Positions 9,210 through 19,708 of a stretch of 64,000 nt of DNA are shown here, in pieces. Below the pieces are notes generated by a model. That model did no database searches. It was given only the letters and a program-made list of their open reading frames with translations, and was not told where the DNA came from. Position 1 is the first letter of the stretch. Each line of letters opens with the position of its first letter. The position numbers and the translations under genes were made by a program. The stretch comes from Fimbriimonadales bacterium (GTDB taxonomy: Bacteria; Armatimonadota; Fimbriimonadia; Fimbriimonadales; ATM1): the NCBI GenBank assembly GCA_051003155.1, contig JBPCLO010000048.1:1-64000 (forward strand), read 5' to 3'.

Positions 9210-9398
9210 CTCGGGAGCGTGCAAGAACCTTTCGGGGCAAAAGAACGACGCCTCGGGGTCGAAGAGTCGTGTCTCGGAGTCGAAGAAGGCCGTCTCTGGC
9301 GACGCGAGGAGGTCCTCTTCTAACCCGAGAAGGTCTTCTTCAACACTGAGAAGGTCTTCTTCAAGCCCGAGAAGATCCTCTTCAAGCCTCGGAAAGTC
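9210..9398. repeat. Degenerate 21-bp tandem array (about 9 units)
   Basis: Units such as CTCTTCTAACCCGAGAAGGTC / TTCTTCAACACTGAGAAGGTC / TTCTTCAAGCCCGAGAAGATC in exact 21-nt register. Confidence 0.8.
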
Positions 9399-9419
9399 GT
9401 CCCGGGATTGATCGCCGAG

Positions 9420-10134
9420 CTAGTCGCATCTTCGCTTGCGGAGAGCAAGCAAACCAAGCCCGTAGAGCGTGGCCGAGAGCGTCGCGGGTTCTTGCGCCCC
9501 AGTAGTTGTTGCCGAAGCCTTGGGAAAAGTCCCACTTTTCGATGCCGAGCCATTCTGAGGTGGGATCGAAATTCGGCTCCGTATAGCCGCCAGGGAGGGG
9601 GCTATGCCTAAGGGAAACACTCCGTTGGTCGTAAAACGAATTGCCGTCCCCAATCGGAAACCCGATGCTATTTGCTCCCGAAGTTGTGGACAGGTAGAAA
9701 TTGCCAGTGCCATTGCCGACGGGGGCCACCGTTAGCCAATAGTGCCCCTGCTCAAGCTCTATCTCTGGCATGTCGCCGCTCACGCGCCATTCCGTCATTC
9801 CCCAGCCGCTCCTTCCCGTGGCCGTGTTGGTCGCGGCCACCGTTCCAGAATGCAAGAGTTTACCCCCGTCCCCCGGTCCCATGTTTCTGCGGAACTCGTA
9901 ATACAGCTGAGTCGGCAGCGGCCCGGCGACCAGAAAGTTGCCGAACAGGTACTGGATGTCATATCCGGGGCCTTCAACAAAGAAATTGTCATAAACGCGG
10001 GCGTCTTCGATGGCAGTGTTCTTGCCCGATTCGAGGAAACCTCTGCCGTCGAAGTCTCCGCCGTACCATAGCTCGTTGTGAGGTAACGCACCCTGGGTGG
10101 TAACAAACAGCAGGTTCACTAGCAGGATTCTCAT
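9420..10134 (-). pseudogene. PEP-CTERM-type secreted protein, frameshift just before the sorting signal
   Basis: Main frame reaches ...DFSQGFGNNYW; adjacent frame gives QEPATLSATLYGLGLLALRKRR; shift at the GGGG run near 9497-9500. Confidence 0.7.
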
Positions 10135-10257
10135 TTTAGTTCTACCTAAGGGGTCCATGTCTTCGTGATCGATCTCGTCCTTCCACAGTATGGAGATTTC
10201 CGCCTATTTTGTACGAGCCGCCACGGGCTGCCTACTGGTGGCCGGAGGACAGCAGCA

Positions 10258-11517
10258 CTATTCGCTGACCTCTTCGACGACGGGGTCGGAAACAGGAATC
10301 GCCACCGATGCCAGGAGCACGGAAGCGCCGAGCGTGACTGCACAAGCAATGATCGGCCAGAAATGGCCGATATCGAATAGCAGCCCGCCCAACGGTACCC
10401 CGACGATCGCGCCGACTCCTTGCGCCGTCATCACCGCCCCAAGGTACGACCCCGCGCGCCTGGGGTCGATGTGCCCGATCGCGGCCTGCCAACTGGGAAT
10501 CGCCAACAAGAAACCGACGCCAACCAGGGCCCCAGAAAATGCGACGAATGCGAGGTTGCGCGCAAAGTCGTACCACGCTCCGACCGCCACGAACCAAATT
10601 CCCAAGGCGCAAAGCAAGAGACCCAGTTGGACCGCCCGCCTGCTACCCATTCGCTCCCCCCACTTGCTGATCGGAACTCCCAAGATCGCCATTGAAACAG
10701 CTGCAGGAAGCAGAAGCAGGCCGAACTGAGTCTCCGAAAGGCCGTATAGTTCCGATGCCAATGGCTTGATGACCCCGAGCAGGAGCCCGACCGCAAGAAA
10801 CACGACGAACGCAAGGGCTAACACAAGTGGGATTTTCCGTGCGCATTGAATCAAGTCTTGGAGGCGATGCTCATCCAAAGCGTGCCCCTCTGCGATGCGG
10901 TGCTTTCTGCTATCCTTCGCAGCAAATCGGAATGCAGCCAAACCGGTAGCCAGAAAAAGCGCGGACGCCAACACAAAGCTGGGGACGCGCGAACCGAACA
11001 AATCGTTTACCACCCCGCCCACCAGCGGCCCGAGCGCCAATCCCAGCATAAAACACACGTTGAGGAGGGACATGCCTTGCGTTCGCTCTTCGGGCCCTAC
11101 CGCTTCACCAACGGCGGCATAGATGGCTGGCCACAGCATCGCCGCTGCGAGCCCGTCGATCACCCGCAGGCCGACGAATGAAGCCACCTCCGCATGTCCC
11201 CAGGTGTACGGAACGGCCAAACTCAGCAGCGGCGTGAGCACCACAAGCGCCGGCGCAAGAATCAGGAACATCCGCCGCCCGTATTTATCCGTCAAATGAC
11301 CCGCAAACGGCTTGAATACCGCCTCGCTGAAAAGAAATGCGGCAAGCACCGTGGTGAAGACCGTCCCCGAGAACCCGCGGTCGAGCTTGAGGTAGACGGG
11401 CATGACCGAGACGTTCAGAACCGCGAATCCGAGCTCGGCGGCAAGTGCTATTAGGAGGAGCCGGAAGATCGGCGCACGTCGCCAGACAGGTGTTGTTTCA
11501 GCCCCCGAAGTCCGCAT
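10258..11517 (-). CDS. MFS transporter
   Basis: 12 TM, motif A GHLTDKYGRR and its C-half echo WGERMGSRR. Confidence 0.92.
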   Translation of the reverse strand: MRTSGAETTPVWRRAPIFRLLLIALAAELGFAVLNVSVMPVYLKLDRGFSGTVFTTVLAAFLFSEAVFKPFAGHLTDKYGRRMFLILAPALVVLTPLLSLAVPYTWGHAEVASFVGLRVIDGLAAAMLWPAIYAAVGEAVGPEERTQGMSLLNVCFMLGLALGPLVGGVVNDLFGSRVPSFVLASALFLATGLAAFRFAAKDSRKHRIAEGHALDEHRLQDLIQCARKIPLVLALAFVVFLAVGLLLGVIKPLASELYGLSETQFGLLLLPAAVSMAILGVPISKWGERMGSRRAVQLGLLLCALGIWFVAVGAWYDFARNLAFVAFSGALVGVGFLLAIPSWQAAIGHIDPRRAGSYLGAVMTAQGVGAIVGVPLGGLLFDIGHFWPIIACAVTLGASVLLASVAIPVSDPVVEEVSE

Positions 11518-11576
11518 AAGAAAGAGGACGAGCCTAAAGAATCAGGCTCGCCCTCATTTTGACTGCTTTTTCGCCG

Positions 11577-11972
11577 CTACCGTTTGACGAACTGGAAGCC
11601 GCGCCGCGCACGCTTGCGTCCGTACTTTTTCCGTTCTTTGACTCGTGGGTCGCGGGTCAAGTATCCGCTTCGTCGAAGCGGAGTACGCAAGTTCGAGTCC
11701 ATCTCGATGATGGCCCTGGCGATACCGAGTTTGACAGCGCCTGCCTGCCCGGTGATTCCGCCGCCGGCCGTATCGGCCACGATGTCTACCTTGCCATCGA
11801 GTCCCACTTGCTTCAAGGGGCTTTCGACAACCATCTCCAGCACCTTCCGGCCCAGGTACGCGGCCATCGGCTGCTTGTTGATGGTTATCGCTCCGGTTCC
11901 GGGTGAAAGCCATACCCGAGCGATCGCGCACTTGCGTCGGCCCGTCGCGTAATACTTGTCTGTCTTTGCCAT
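11577..11972 (-). CDS. rpsI: 30S ribosomal protein S9
   Basis: [29 protein letters not shown]. Confidence 0.98.
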   Translation of the reverse strand: MAKTDKYYATGRRKCAIARVWLSPGTGAITINKQPMAAYLGRKVLEMVVESPLKQVGLDGKVDIVADTAGGGITGQAGAVKLGIARAIIEMDSNLRTPLRRSGYLTRDPRVKERKKYGRKRARRGFQFVKR

Positions 11973-12412
11973 TACTTGTCTCTCCCGATCTTGAGTGGTT
12001 CCGGCGACTGCGCCGTGTGCGGGTGCTCATCGCCCGCGTACACCTTGAGCTTCGCATAGGTGGCGCGCCCCAGCTTGTGCTTTGGAAGCATTCCCCACAC
12101 AGCTTTCTCGATAAGGCGCTCCGGATGGGTCTTCAAAAGCTTGCCGCGAGAAACGCTCTTGATGCCGCCCGGATAGCCAGTGTGCCAATAGACGAGTTCG
12201 TCTTGCTTGTTCTTGCCCGTCAGTTTGGCTTTGCCTGCATTGATGACAATCACATGGTCCCCCACGTCGGCATTGTAGGCGAACATAGGCTTGTGCTTGC
12301 CCCGCAGAACCTGCGCGACCGCTCCCGCGAGGCGCCCGATGGCGTGCCCCGTGGCGTCCACGATATACCATTTTCTCTGTATGTCTTCCGGTTTCACCGA
12401 GTAGGTGCTCAT
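11972..12412 (-). CDS. rplM: 50S ribosomal protein L13
   Basis: [22 protein letters not shown]. Confidence 0.98.
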   Translation of the reverse strand: MSTYSVKPEDIQRKWYIVDATGHAIGRLAGAVAQVLRGKHKPMFAYNADVGDHVIVINAGKAKLTGKNKQDELVYWHTGYPGGIKSVSRGKLLKTHPERLIEKAVWGMLPKHKLGRATYAKLKVYAGDEHPHTAQSPEPLKIGRDK

Positions 12413-12424
12413 TTTCTCATTCCT

Positions 12425-13231
12425 CTATTCGTCGCCGTCCACAAAATCGTTTGTTTTGCGCAGGTCTCTCAACTGCCGCCCGTACTTCACTTTCAAGAGC
12501 GTTAGCCCCTTCGCCGGGAGCACTACGGGCCACTTAATCGAACCGCGCTTGGCAGGATCGAGAAGCGCTCCGAAATCCCTAAGGCTCCTCTTGCCGTAGC
12601 CCACTTCCATCAGGCCCCCGGCAATTCGCCTCACCATCCCGCGGAGAAAGGCCGTAGCCTCGATCCGGATTCTCACTTCGTCTCGCATTCGCCTAACCGA
12701 GATCGCCTTTACGTCCCGGAGCGTGTTCTCCACACCATCCAGCTCCTCACCGAAGGCTCGAAAATCGTTGCGCCCGACAAGGGCGGCGGCTGCTTTTCGC
12801 ATCTTCTCCACGTCGAGCTTTCGAAAGGTCCCATAAACGAACCTGGCTCGACGCGGGTCGACGTGCTCCGACTCTGCGATTCGATACTCGTACACCCTCG
12901 ATCGAGCGTAGAATCGCGAATGGAAATCCTTCGATACCTCGACGGCGTCCAGAATCCGTATCGCCGGTCCGGCCTGGCGGTTGATCGCGAGCTTCCAGTT
13001 CTCGGTGGGCATCGGATTCGCGGATGCGAAGTCGGCCACGAAGCCCTTCGCGTGCGCCCCGGAATCCGTCCGGCTCGCGCCTCTTAGATCCACTTCCTCG
13101 CCGCAGATCTGGCGAATGCAACTTTTCAAGGTTCCTTTCACGGTTCTGAGACCGCGCTGCTCTGCCCAGCCGCAAAAATCAGTTCCGTCGAACTCGATTA
13201 GCAGCCGAATTCGTCGTTTCTCACTAGTCAA
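12425..13231 (-). CDS. truA: tRNA pseudouridine(38-40) synthase
   Basis: FDGTDFCGW, ASRTDSGAHA, AFLRGMVR, PAKGLTL. Confidence 0.95.
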   Translation of the reverse strand: MTSEKRRIRLLIEFDGTDFCGWAEQRGLRTVKGTLKSCIRQICGEEVDLRGASRTDSGAHAKGFVADFASANPMPTENWKLAINRQAGPAIRILDAVEVSKDFHSRFYARSRVYEYRIAESEHVDPRRARFVYGTFRKLDVEKMRKAAAALVGRNDFRAFGEELDGVENTLRDVKAISVRRMRDEVRIRIEATAFLRGMVRRIAGGLMEVGYGKRSLRDFGALLDPAKRGSIKWPVVLPAKGLTLLKVKYGRQLRDLRKTNDFVDGDE

Positions 13232-13655
13232 TCAATTCGATAACAACCGTGGGAGCGGCATCGCCCCGGCGACGGCCGGTTCGCGTGATCCGTGTATAAC
13301 CGCCCGGCCGATCCTTTGACTTCGGTGCCACATTGTCGAACAGGTGCTTCACCAGGTCTTCACCGTTGATCAAGCACCTCTCCGCCAGTTCCTCCTGCGT
13401 CAATGCTAGCTTTCTGCGTGCGGGAGTGCTCGAACCATGCCCGACCAACACGCGGCGCGCTCTTCGACGAGCTGCGAGCGAATCGTCCTTGGCGAGAGTA
13501 ATCAGCGGCTCGACCACCCTCCGTAATTCCTTGGCGCGGCCCTCGGTCGTGTGCACGTAGCCGTGGCGGATTAGCTGCCGCGTCAGATTCGTAAGCAACG
13601 CATTGCGCTGGTCGCTGGGAAGTCCCAGCTTTCGCCTGTCGACCCGATGTCTCAT
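13224..13655 (-). CDS. rplQ: 50S ribosomal protein L17
   Basis: MRHR..RKLG, RPGGYTRI, RRGDAAP; internal insertion. Confidence 0.97.
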   Translation of the reverse strand: MRHRVDRRKLGLPSDQRNALLTNLTRQLIRHGYVHTTEGRAKELRRVVEPLITLAKDDSLAARRRARRVLVGHGSSTPARRKLALTQEELAERCLINGEDLVKHLFDNVAPKSKDRPGGYTRITRTGRRRGDAAPTVVIELID

Positions 13656-14653
13656 TACTCTTCGTCTTCCTCTTCGTCGTCGTCGTCGAACTCGACCACT
13701 CGGGCACCTGCCTTGCCGGGCTTCAGTTCTAAACCGCGCTCGGCCAACTTGTCACGCACTTCCTGAAGCGCTTTCTTTCCAAAGCCGCGGATTCCGAACA
13801 GATCGGCCTCGGACTGGACAACGATGTCCTTCAAGGTTGATAAATTCGCTCGCCGAAGGCAGTTGAATGTGCGTTGGCTGAAATCCATTTCCTCTACTCG
13901 GATGTCGGGAACACCCGCCAATTCTGGAGCTTCCTCACCCTCATCGTCGATGCCCAAATCCATGACCCCGCCGCCAAGCTCGAAGAACATCCGGAAGTAC
14001 TTGTCGAGTATTTGCGAAGCTTGCGTAACCGCCACATTAGGCGCCACGGCTCCGGTCGTCCAGACCTCGAGCGTGAGCCTCTCAAAGTCGGTGCGCTGCC
14101 CGACGCGGGTCTGCTCGACAGTGTAATTGACCTTCTTGACAGGGGTGAACTGAGAACCCATCGGAATGATCCCGATCGTGCCTTTGTAGCGCTCTTGCCG
14201 TTCAGGCAAAACGTATCCGGTGCCCCAACTCACGTAGAGCTCCACATAGAGCGACGTCTTGGCCTCGCTCATCGTGCAAATGTAAACTTCGGGGTTGATG
14301 ATCTCGATCTCGTCGGGCGTTTGGATGTCGGCGCCGGTGACGCGGCCCTTGCCCTTGATGTCGATAACAAGCTCGCTGTCGTCCTCAGGCGGCCGCTCGG
14401 TGTTGACCCGAATCGCGACGTCACGAAGGTTCAGGAGCAGCTCGCTCATGTCTTCCTTCACGCCTGGGATCGCGGCAAATTCATGTAAGACCTTGTCGAC
14501 ACGGACGGCCGTGATCGCGGCCCCGGGGATCGAGCTGAGCAGAACGCGGCGCAGCGTATTGCCGATGGTCTGGCCGTACCCGCGCTCGAGCGGCGTGAGC
14601 ACGAATTTGACGTAATTTGCGGTGAGTTCGAGTGTTTGAATCTGTGCGTTCAT
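13655..14653 (-). CDS. rpoA: RNA polymerase alpha subunit
   Basis: PLERGYGQTIGNTLRRVLLSSIPG, RVGQRTD, alpha-CTD RTFNCL. Confidence 0.98.
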   Translation of the reverse strand: MNAQIQTLELTANYVKFVLTPLERGYGQTIGNTLRRVLLSSIPGAAITAVRVDKVLHEFAAIPGVKEDMSELLLNLRDVAIRVNTERPPEDDSELVIDIKGKGRVTGADIQTPDEIEIINPEVYICTMSEAKTSLYVELYVSWGTGYVLPERQERYKGTIGIIPMGSQFTPVKKVNYTVEQTRVGQRTDFERLTLEVWTTGAVAPNVAVTQASQILDKYFRMFFELGGGVMDLGIDDEGEEAPELAGVPDIRVEEMDFSQRTFNCLRRANLSTLKDIVVQSEADLFGIRGFGKKALQEVRDKLAERGLELKPGKAGARVVEFDDDDEEEDEE

Positions 14654-15294
14654 TATCTTGTGTAGAACTCGACGATCAATTGTTCGTTGATCTCCAGGTT
14701 GAGCTCGCCCTTCGTCGGCGGCCTAAGGACCTTGCCTTCGAAAGAGTCCGAGTTTAGTTCGAGCCATTCGGGAATCGAGCGAACTCCCATCTGCTGAAGC
14801 GTTTCCTTGATATAAGCGCTCTCGCGCTTGCTCTCGTGCAGAGCCACCACGTCGCCGGGACGAAGTTGGTAGCTAGGAATATTCACTCGCTTCCCGTTCA
14901 CCGTGAAGAACCGGTGAGAAACTAGCTGGCGAGCCAAACCGCGCGCGGTGGCCCAGCCCAGGCGGTAAACGACGTTGTCGAGCCGGGTCTCAAGAAGCTG
15001 GAGCATATTCTCGCCCGTAACGCCTCGCCTTCGCGTAGCTTCGTCCATATAAGCGGAAAACTGCTTCTCGCGAAGCTGGTACATCCTCTTCAGCTTCTGC
15101 TTTTCAAGGAGCTGCTCGGCGAATTCGGTCAAGCGGCGGCCGCGCATGGCGTTGTCGCCGTGCTGCCCGGGCGGCTTATTGCGGTTTTCACGCTCGATCT
15201 GGCACTTGCGCGTATAGCATCGATCGCCCTTCAAAAATAGCTTCTGGCCGGCGCGGCGGCAGAGGCGGCACTTGGCTTCCCAAATCACTGACAT
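14653..15294 (-). CDS. rpsD: 30S ribosomal protein S4 (Zn-ribbon type)
   Basis: CRLCRR..KLFLKGDRC...C, LETRLDNVVYRLG, IVEFYTR; start set at MSVIW. Confidence 0.97.
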   Translation of the reverse strand: MSVIWEAKCRLCRRAGQKLFLKGDRCYTRKCQIERENRNKPPGQHGDNAMRGRRLTEFAEQLLEKQKLKRMYQLREKQFSAYMDEATRRRGVTGENMLQLLETRLDNVVYRLGWATARGLARQLVSHRFFTVNGKRVNIPSYQLRPGDVVALHESKRESAYIKETLQQMGVRSIPEWLELNSDSFEGKVLRPPTKGELNLEINEQLIVEFYTR

Positions 15295-15298
15295 GCTG

Positions 15299-15694
15299 TT
15301 AGACTCTTCTCCTCTTGGGCGGCCGGCAGCCGTTATGCGGCAAAGGGGTGACATCGCGAACGGAAACGACGTCGAGGCCGCTCGCCTGCAGCGCGCGCAT
15401 CGCGGTTTCACGGCCACCACCCGGCCCTCGGACCCAGATATCCACTCGCTTCACGCCGTGTTCCTGGGCGCGCCGTGCACAGTCCTCCGCGGCCATCTGC
15501 GCGGCGAACGGCGTGCCCTTGCGGCTTCCCTTGAAATTGACATGCCCAGCGCTGGACCACACGATCACGTTGCCGGCTTTGTCCGTGATGGTGACGATCG
15601 TGTTGTTGAACGAGGACTTGATATGGGCAATCGCGTGGAGGATGCCTTTCGAAACCTTCTGCTTGCCTTTGGTTGTAACTGGTTTTCGAGCCAT
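15299..15694 (-). CDS. rpsK: 30S ribosomal protein S11
   Basis: [35 protein letters not shown]. Confidence 0.98.
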   Translation of the reverse strand: MARKPVTTKGKQKVSKGILHAIAHIKSSFNNTIVTITDKAGNVIVWSSAGHVNFKGSRKGTPFAAQMAAEDCARRAQEHGVKRVDIWVRGPGGGRETAMRALQASGLDVVSVRDVTPLPHNGCRPPKRRRV

Positions 15695-15702
15695 AAAATC
15701 CC

Positions 15703-16080
15703 TTACTTCGTAACTTTCTTCTTGCCGGCGACCGTCTTCTTCGGACCTTTACGGCCGCGAGCGTTGGACCGAGTGTTCTGGCCCCTCGTGGGTAGCCCGC
15801 GGCGGTGTCGCAAGCCGCGGTAGCTGCCAATCTCGATCAGGCGTCGGATGTTGGTCTGGACGTCCCTCTTGAGATCGCCCTCCACCTGATAGTCGCGCTC
15901 GATGACTTCCCTAAGGTGCGCTATGTCCTGGTCGCTTAGCTCGTTGACTTTCTTGCTGACGTCGACTCCCGCCCTTTCGCAGATCTCTTTCGAAGTCTTC
16001 CTTCCGATGCCGTAGATATAAGGAAGAGCATATTCGACCCTCTTGTCCCGCGGAAGGTCCACACCGGCGATACGAGCCAT
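15703..16080 (-). CDS. rpsM: 30S ribosomal protein S13
   Basis: [21 protein letters not shown]. Confidence 0.98.
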   Translation of the reverse strand: MARIAGVDLPRDKRVEYALPYIYGIGRKTSKEICERAGVDVSKKVNELSDQDIAHLREVIERDYQVEGDLKRDVQTNIRRLIEIGSYRGLRHRRGLPTRGQNTRSNARGRKGPKKTVAGKKKVTK

Positions 16081-16103
16081 ATGTTAGTTGTTCACTCTCA
16101 TTC

Positions 16104-16217
16104 TTAGCCTTGCCTCTGCTTGTGCTTCGGGTTCGTGCACAAAACGCGCACGACGCCTTCGCGTCGCACGATCTTGCACTTATCACACATCTTCTTCACA
16201 CTTGTGCGGACTTTCAT
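16104..16217 (-). CDS. rpmJ: 50S ribosomal protein L36 (below the ORF-track cutoff)
   Basis: Manual translation [37 protein letters not shown]. Confidence 0.97.
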   Translation of the reverse strand: MKVRTSVKKMCDKCKIVRREGVVRVLCTNPKHKQRQG

Positions 16218-16276
16218 AAATAGCAACCATGCGCCATCGACCACCTCGTCGCCGGTAAGAACTGACGCAAGAGCGA

Positions 16277-16282
16277 AGTATA
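16277..16282 (-). promoter_or_regulatory. Candidate -10 box for the rpmJ-rpsM-rpsK-rpsD-rpoA segment
   Basis: TATACT about 60 nt upstream of rpmJ; the upstream gene is on the opposite strand. Confidence 0.5.
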
Positions 16283-16417
16283 CCGCAAAGTTTGCCCAAA
16301 TCGCGGGCGACGTTCCTGGTTTGGGCCGCCTTGATCATCTAGGTCCTTTTCGTCCTATTGCAGCTTGGGGGGTGATTCGAGGAAGGCTCCAATCGTCATA
16401 ATTACACCAGCCTGACC

Positions 16418-17854
16418 ATGCTAACAATCGCAATGCTCCTCGCCACCTCGATCACCCCCCAAACACCGCCCGAGTTCCCACGAGAGTTCCGCGCCGTCTG
16501 GGTGGCGACAGTCGACAACGTGGACTGGCCCTCGGAGCGCGGCATCCCGACCGAGCAAGCCCAAAAGGAGCTCCTAGCGATACTCGACCGGTGCGCCGAG
16601 CTCAAACTCAACGCCGTCGTCTTCCAGGTCCGCCCGAGCGCAGACGCCCTCTACAAAAGCAAGCTCGAACCCTGGTCGGAGTTCTTGACAGGCCGCCAAG
16701 GCCGCGCCCCCGACCCTAAATGGGACCCGCTCTCCTTCGCCATCGAGGAGTCTCACAAGCGCGGGCTGGAGCTCCACGCATGGTTCAACCCATACCGCGC
16801 GACTCACTTCAAGCAGATCGGGGCGAACGCGCCATCGCACGTCAGCTTCACCAAACCGCACATCGTCCGGAAATACGGCCGGTACCTCTGGATGGACCCG
16901 GGCGAGAAGGCCACGCAAGGCCATTCGCTCGCGGTCATGATGGACGTCGTGCGCCGCTACGACGTCGACGGCGTTCACATCGACGACTATTTCTATCCGT
17001 ATAAGGAAAACGACCAGGACTTCCCTGACGGTATGAGCTACGGGCGATACAAGGCGACTGGCGGCAGCCTTGGCAAAGACGACTGGCGGCGGTGGAGCGT
17101 GGACACGTTCGTGGAGCGCCTGTACAAGTCCATCAAGGCCGAGAAACCGCACGTGAAGTTCGGGATCAGCCCGTTCGGCATCTATCGCCCCGGCATTCCG
17201 AAGGGCATCAAGGCGGGCGTGGATCAGTACGCCGACCTCTACGCAGACGCCCGAAAGTGGCTGGTACAAGGCTGGTGCGACTACTACTCGCCGCAGCTTT
17301 ACTGGCGCAACAGCCAGACCCCCCAGAGCTTCAGCACCCTTCTCAAGTGGTGGGTGAAGCAGAACCCGAAAGGCCGCCACATCTGGCCCGGCATGTACAC
17401 CGGCATGGTGGACCAAGGCAAGTGGCCGGCCAAAGAGGTCACCGGCCAGATCGGCATCACGCGCCGGGTCGATGGCGCGAGCGGCAACGTGCACTATAGC
17501 ATGACCGCGTTCATGAACAACCCGAAGTCGCTCAACGTGCTCCTCAAGAAGGGCCCATACGCCGGCCCGGCGCTCATCCCCGCCTCGCCCTGGCTAGAAA
17601 AGAAGGTTCCCTCGAAGCCGGTGGTCGCAGGCGAGCATGGGACGGTTTTTCTCTCTTCTGCCGCCGGCGAGGGCGTCCGTTGGTTCGCGGTATACGCGAG
17701 GTACGGCGAGCGCTGGGTTCCGCATGTCGCCCCCGGCCCGACGGCTCGGATGATCGTGCCACCCGCTTTTAACGGCTCGCCGCTTAACGGCATCTGGGCG
17801 GCGACGGTCGGCCGAACCGGCAACCGGAGCGAATGGACCGCGAGCGGGCGCTAA
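16418..17854 (+). CDS. Glycoside hydrolase-like 10 (GHL10, YddW/DigH-like) secreted protein
   Basis: REFRAVWVATV.N.DWPS, FQVRP.ADALY.S..EPWS, HAWFNPYR, DGVHIDDYFYPY, FGISPFGI. Confidence 0.92.
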   Translation: MLTIAMLLATSITPQTPPEFPREFRAVWVATVDNVDWPSERGIPTEQAQKELLAILDRCAELKLNAVVFQVRPSADALYKSKLEPWSEFLTGRQGRAPDPKWDPLSFAIEESHKRGLELHAWFNPYRATHFKQIGANAPSHVSFTKPHIVRKYGRYLWMDPGEKATQGHSLAVMMDVVRRYDVDGVHIDDYFYPYKENDQDFPDGMSYGRYKATGGSLGKDDWRRWSVDTFVERLYKSIKAEKPHVKFGISPFGIYRPGIPKGIKAGVDQYADLYADARKWLVQGWCDYYSPQLYWRNSQTPQSFSTLLKWWVKQNPKGRHIWPGMYTGMVDQGKWPAKEVTGQIGITRRVDGASGNVHYSMTAFMNNPKSLNVLLKKGPYAGPALIPASPWLEKKVPSKPVVAGEHGTVFLSSAAGEGVRWFAVYARYGERWVPHVAPGPTARMIVPPAFNGSPLNGIWAATVGRTGNRSEWTASGR

Positions 17855-18039
17855 TTCATATTCGCGAAAAACGGGCACGGCGCACTTAGTTTTCTGCTAG
17901 CTACTTCGTCTCTGTCCCTGGGGCAACACCCCTAACTATGAAGCGATTTTTCGAATCGCCATGTATCCGTTGAGGCGTGACCTCGTGTGGCAGGTAGCGA
18001 CTCGCCGGGAGCCTCACGGCAGACGACAGTCGTTTTCCC

Positions 18040-18285
18040 TTACTTGTACCGGTAAGTAATACGCCCGCGGGAGAGGTCGTAAGGGGTGAGTTCGACGCGC
18101 ACTTTGTCGCCGGGCAGGATGCGGATGTAGTACATGCGCATCTTGCCACTGATGTGTGCGAGGACTTCGTTGCCGGTTTCCAGCTTCACCCGGAAGACCG
18201 CGCTCGGAAGCTTCTCCACGACCGTGCCTTCGACCTCGATTCCGCGCTCTTTGTCGGTTGTCTTTAGTTTTCTTTGTCTTGCCAT
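18040..18285 (-). CDS. infA: Translation initiation factor IF-1
   Basis: [31 protein letters not shown]. Confidence 0.98.
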   Translation of the reverse strand: MARQRKLKTTDKERGIEVEGTVVEKLPSAVFRVKLETGNEVLAHISGKMRMYYIRILPGDKVRVELTPYDLSRGRITYRYK

Positions 18286-19077
18286 CTATGCCTTTAGGGC
18301 CTGGCCGCTGAGCACAGTCGGGCTGCTGCTTAGGTCTGTCAGGATCACGGGGGAGCCTTTGGTTACCAGCACCATGTGCTCGAAGTGCGCCGAGAATTTG
18401 CCGTCCTGCGTTACGGTGGTCCAGTGGTCGGCTAAGCACCGGACGTGATACTTGCCCTGATTGATCATGGGCTCGATACAGATCGTCATGCCGGCTTTCA
18501 GCCTGGGGCCGGTGCCGGGCTTTCCAAAGTTTGGGACGTTCGGCTCCTCGTGAAGGCTTCGCCCGATTCCGTGGCCCACCAAATCGCGAACCGCGGAGTA
18601 GCCGTGGCGCTCGACGTAAGAAGCGACTGCCGAGCCGATATCGCCGGTGCGGTTCCCTTCCCTTGCTTGGGCGATTCCCTGGTAGAGACTCTCCTTGGTT
18701 ACGTTGAGCAAACGCTGGGCCACAGACGAGATTTCTCCGACCGCGTACGTCCAAGCCGAATCGCCGTGGAAGCCCTCAAAGAAAGCGCCGATGTCGAGGC
18801 TGACGATATCGCCTTCCAGCAAAAGCCGCGGCCCGGGGATTCCGTGGACCACTTCATCGTTCACGGAGATGCACACAGCGGCCGGGAAGCCTTTGTATCC
18901 CTTGAATGAGGGCACCGCGCCTTCGTTGCGCAAAACCTCTTCACCGATAGCGTCGAGATCGGCGGTCGTGGACTTACCCGGAACGATCGCATCGGACATC
19001 GCATCCAGCGCTAAGCGAACCTTGCGGCCGCACTGACGCATGATCTCGATCTCGGGCGCGGTTTTGATATAGATCAC
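18286..19077 (-). CDS. map: Methionine aminopeptidase type I
   Basis: SVNDEVVHGIPG, GHGIG..LHEEP, IEPMIN, SAHFEH. Confidence 0.97.
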   Translation of the reverse strand: MIYIKTAPEIEIMRQCGRKVRLALDAMSDAIVPGKSTTADLDAIGEEVLRNEGAVPSFKGYKGFPAAVCISVNDEVVHGIPGPRLLLEGDIVSLDIGAFFEGFHGDSAWTYAVGEISSVAQRLLNVTKESLYQGIAQAREGNRTGDIGSAVASYVERHGYSAVRDLVGHGIGRSLHEEPNVPNFGKPGTGPRLKAGMTICIEPMINQGKYHVRCLADHWTTVTQDGKFSAHFEHMVLVTKGSPVILTDLSSSPTVLSGQALKA

Positions 19078-19703
19078 AGGACCGCTTCAATCCTTCTCTC
19101 GATCTCTTCGACCCCACCGTTGCCATCGACTTTCCGAAGGAGGCCCCTATCGCTGTAGTAGTCGAATAGCGGAGCCCTCTTCTCTTTATAAACGGCGAGT
19201 CTCTGGCGGATCGCTTCCGGCTTGTCGTCCTCGCGCACCAAAAGCGTGCCCGAACACCGTTCGCATCGTCCCGAAGAATTCGCAGCGTCGCTGGTCACCG
19301 CACCGCAGTCCCCGCATGTGCGCCGTCCGTCGAGCCTCCGCACAATGGTCTCTTCCTCGACGTCGATCGCTATAACCGCGTCCAGCTCCTGGCCGATTTC
19401 CAGCAATAAGCTGTCGAGCGCTTCGGCCTGTGGAACGGTACGCGGAAAGCCATCCAGCAAAAAGCCAGTAGCAGCATCCGCTTTGTCAAGCCGCTCGCGG
19501 ACACAGCCGATGATGAGGGCATCCGGCACGAGATCGCCACGGACCATGTATTCCTTGGCCTGCAAGCCAACGTCGGAGCACGAATCGGCCGCCAATCTTA
19601 GTATGTCGCCGGTTGCGATGTGAGGGATACGGTACCGATCTGCGATGGCCCTCGCCTGAGTTCCTTTGCCCACTCCGGGCGCGCCGAGAAGAATCAGCCG
19701 CAT
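19074..19703 (-). CDS. adk: Adenylate kinase
   Basis: GAPGVGKGTQ, LDGFPRT, Cys4 LID. Confidence 0.97.
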   Translation of the reverse strand: MRLILLGAPGVGKGTQARAIADRYRIPHIATGDILRLAADSCSDVGLQAKEYMVRGDLVPDALIIGCVRERLDKADAATGFLLDGFPRTVPQAEALDSLLLEIGQELDAVIAIDVEEETIVRRLDGRRTCGDCGAVTSDAANSSGRCERCSGTLLVREDDKPEAIRQRLAVYKEKRAPLFDYYSDRGLLRKVDGNGGVEEIERRIEAVL

Positions 19704-19708
19704 AGAAC

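Noticed and set aside
9210..9398. Possible CRISPR array
   Set aside because: Contiguous 21-bp units without unique spacers; no cas genes in the window
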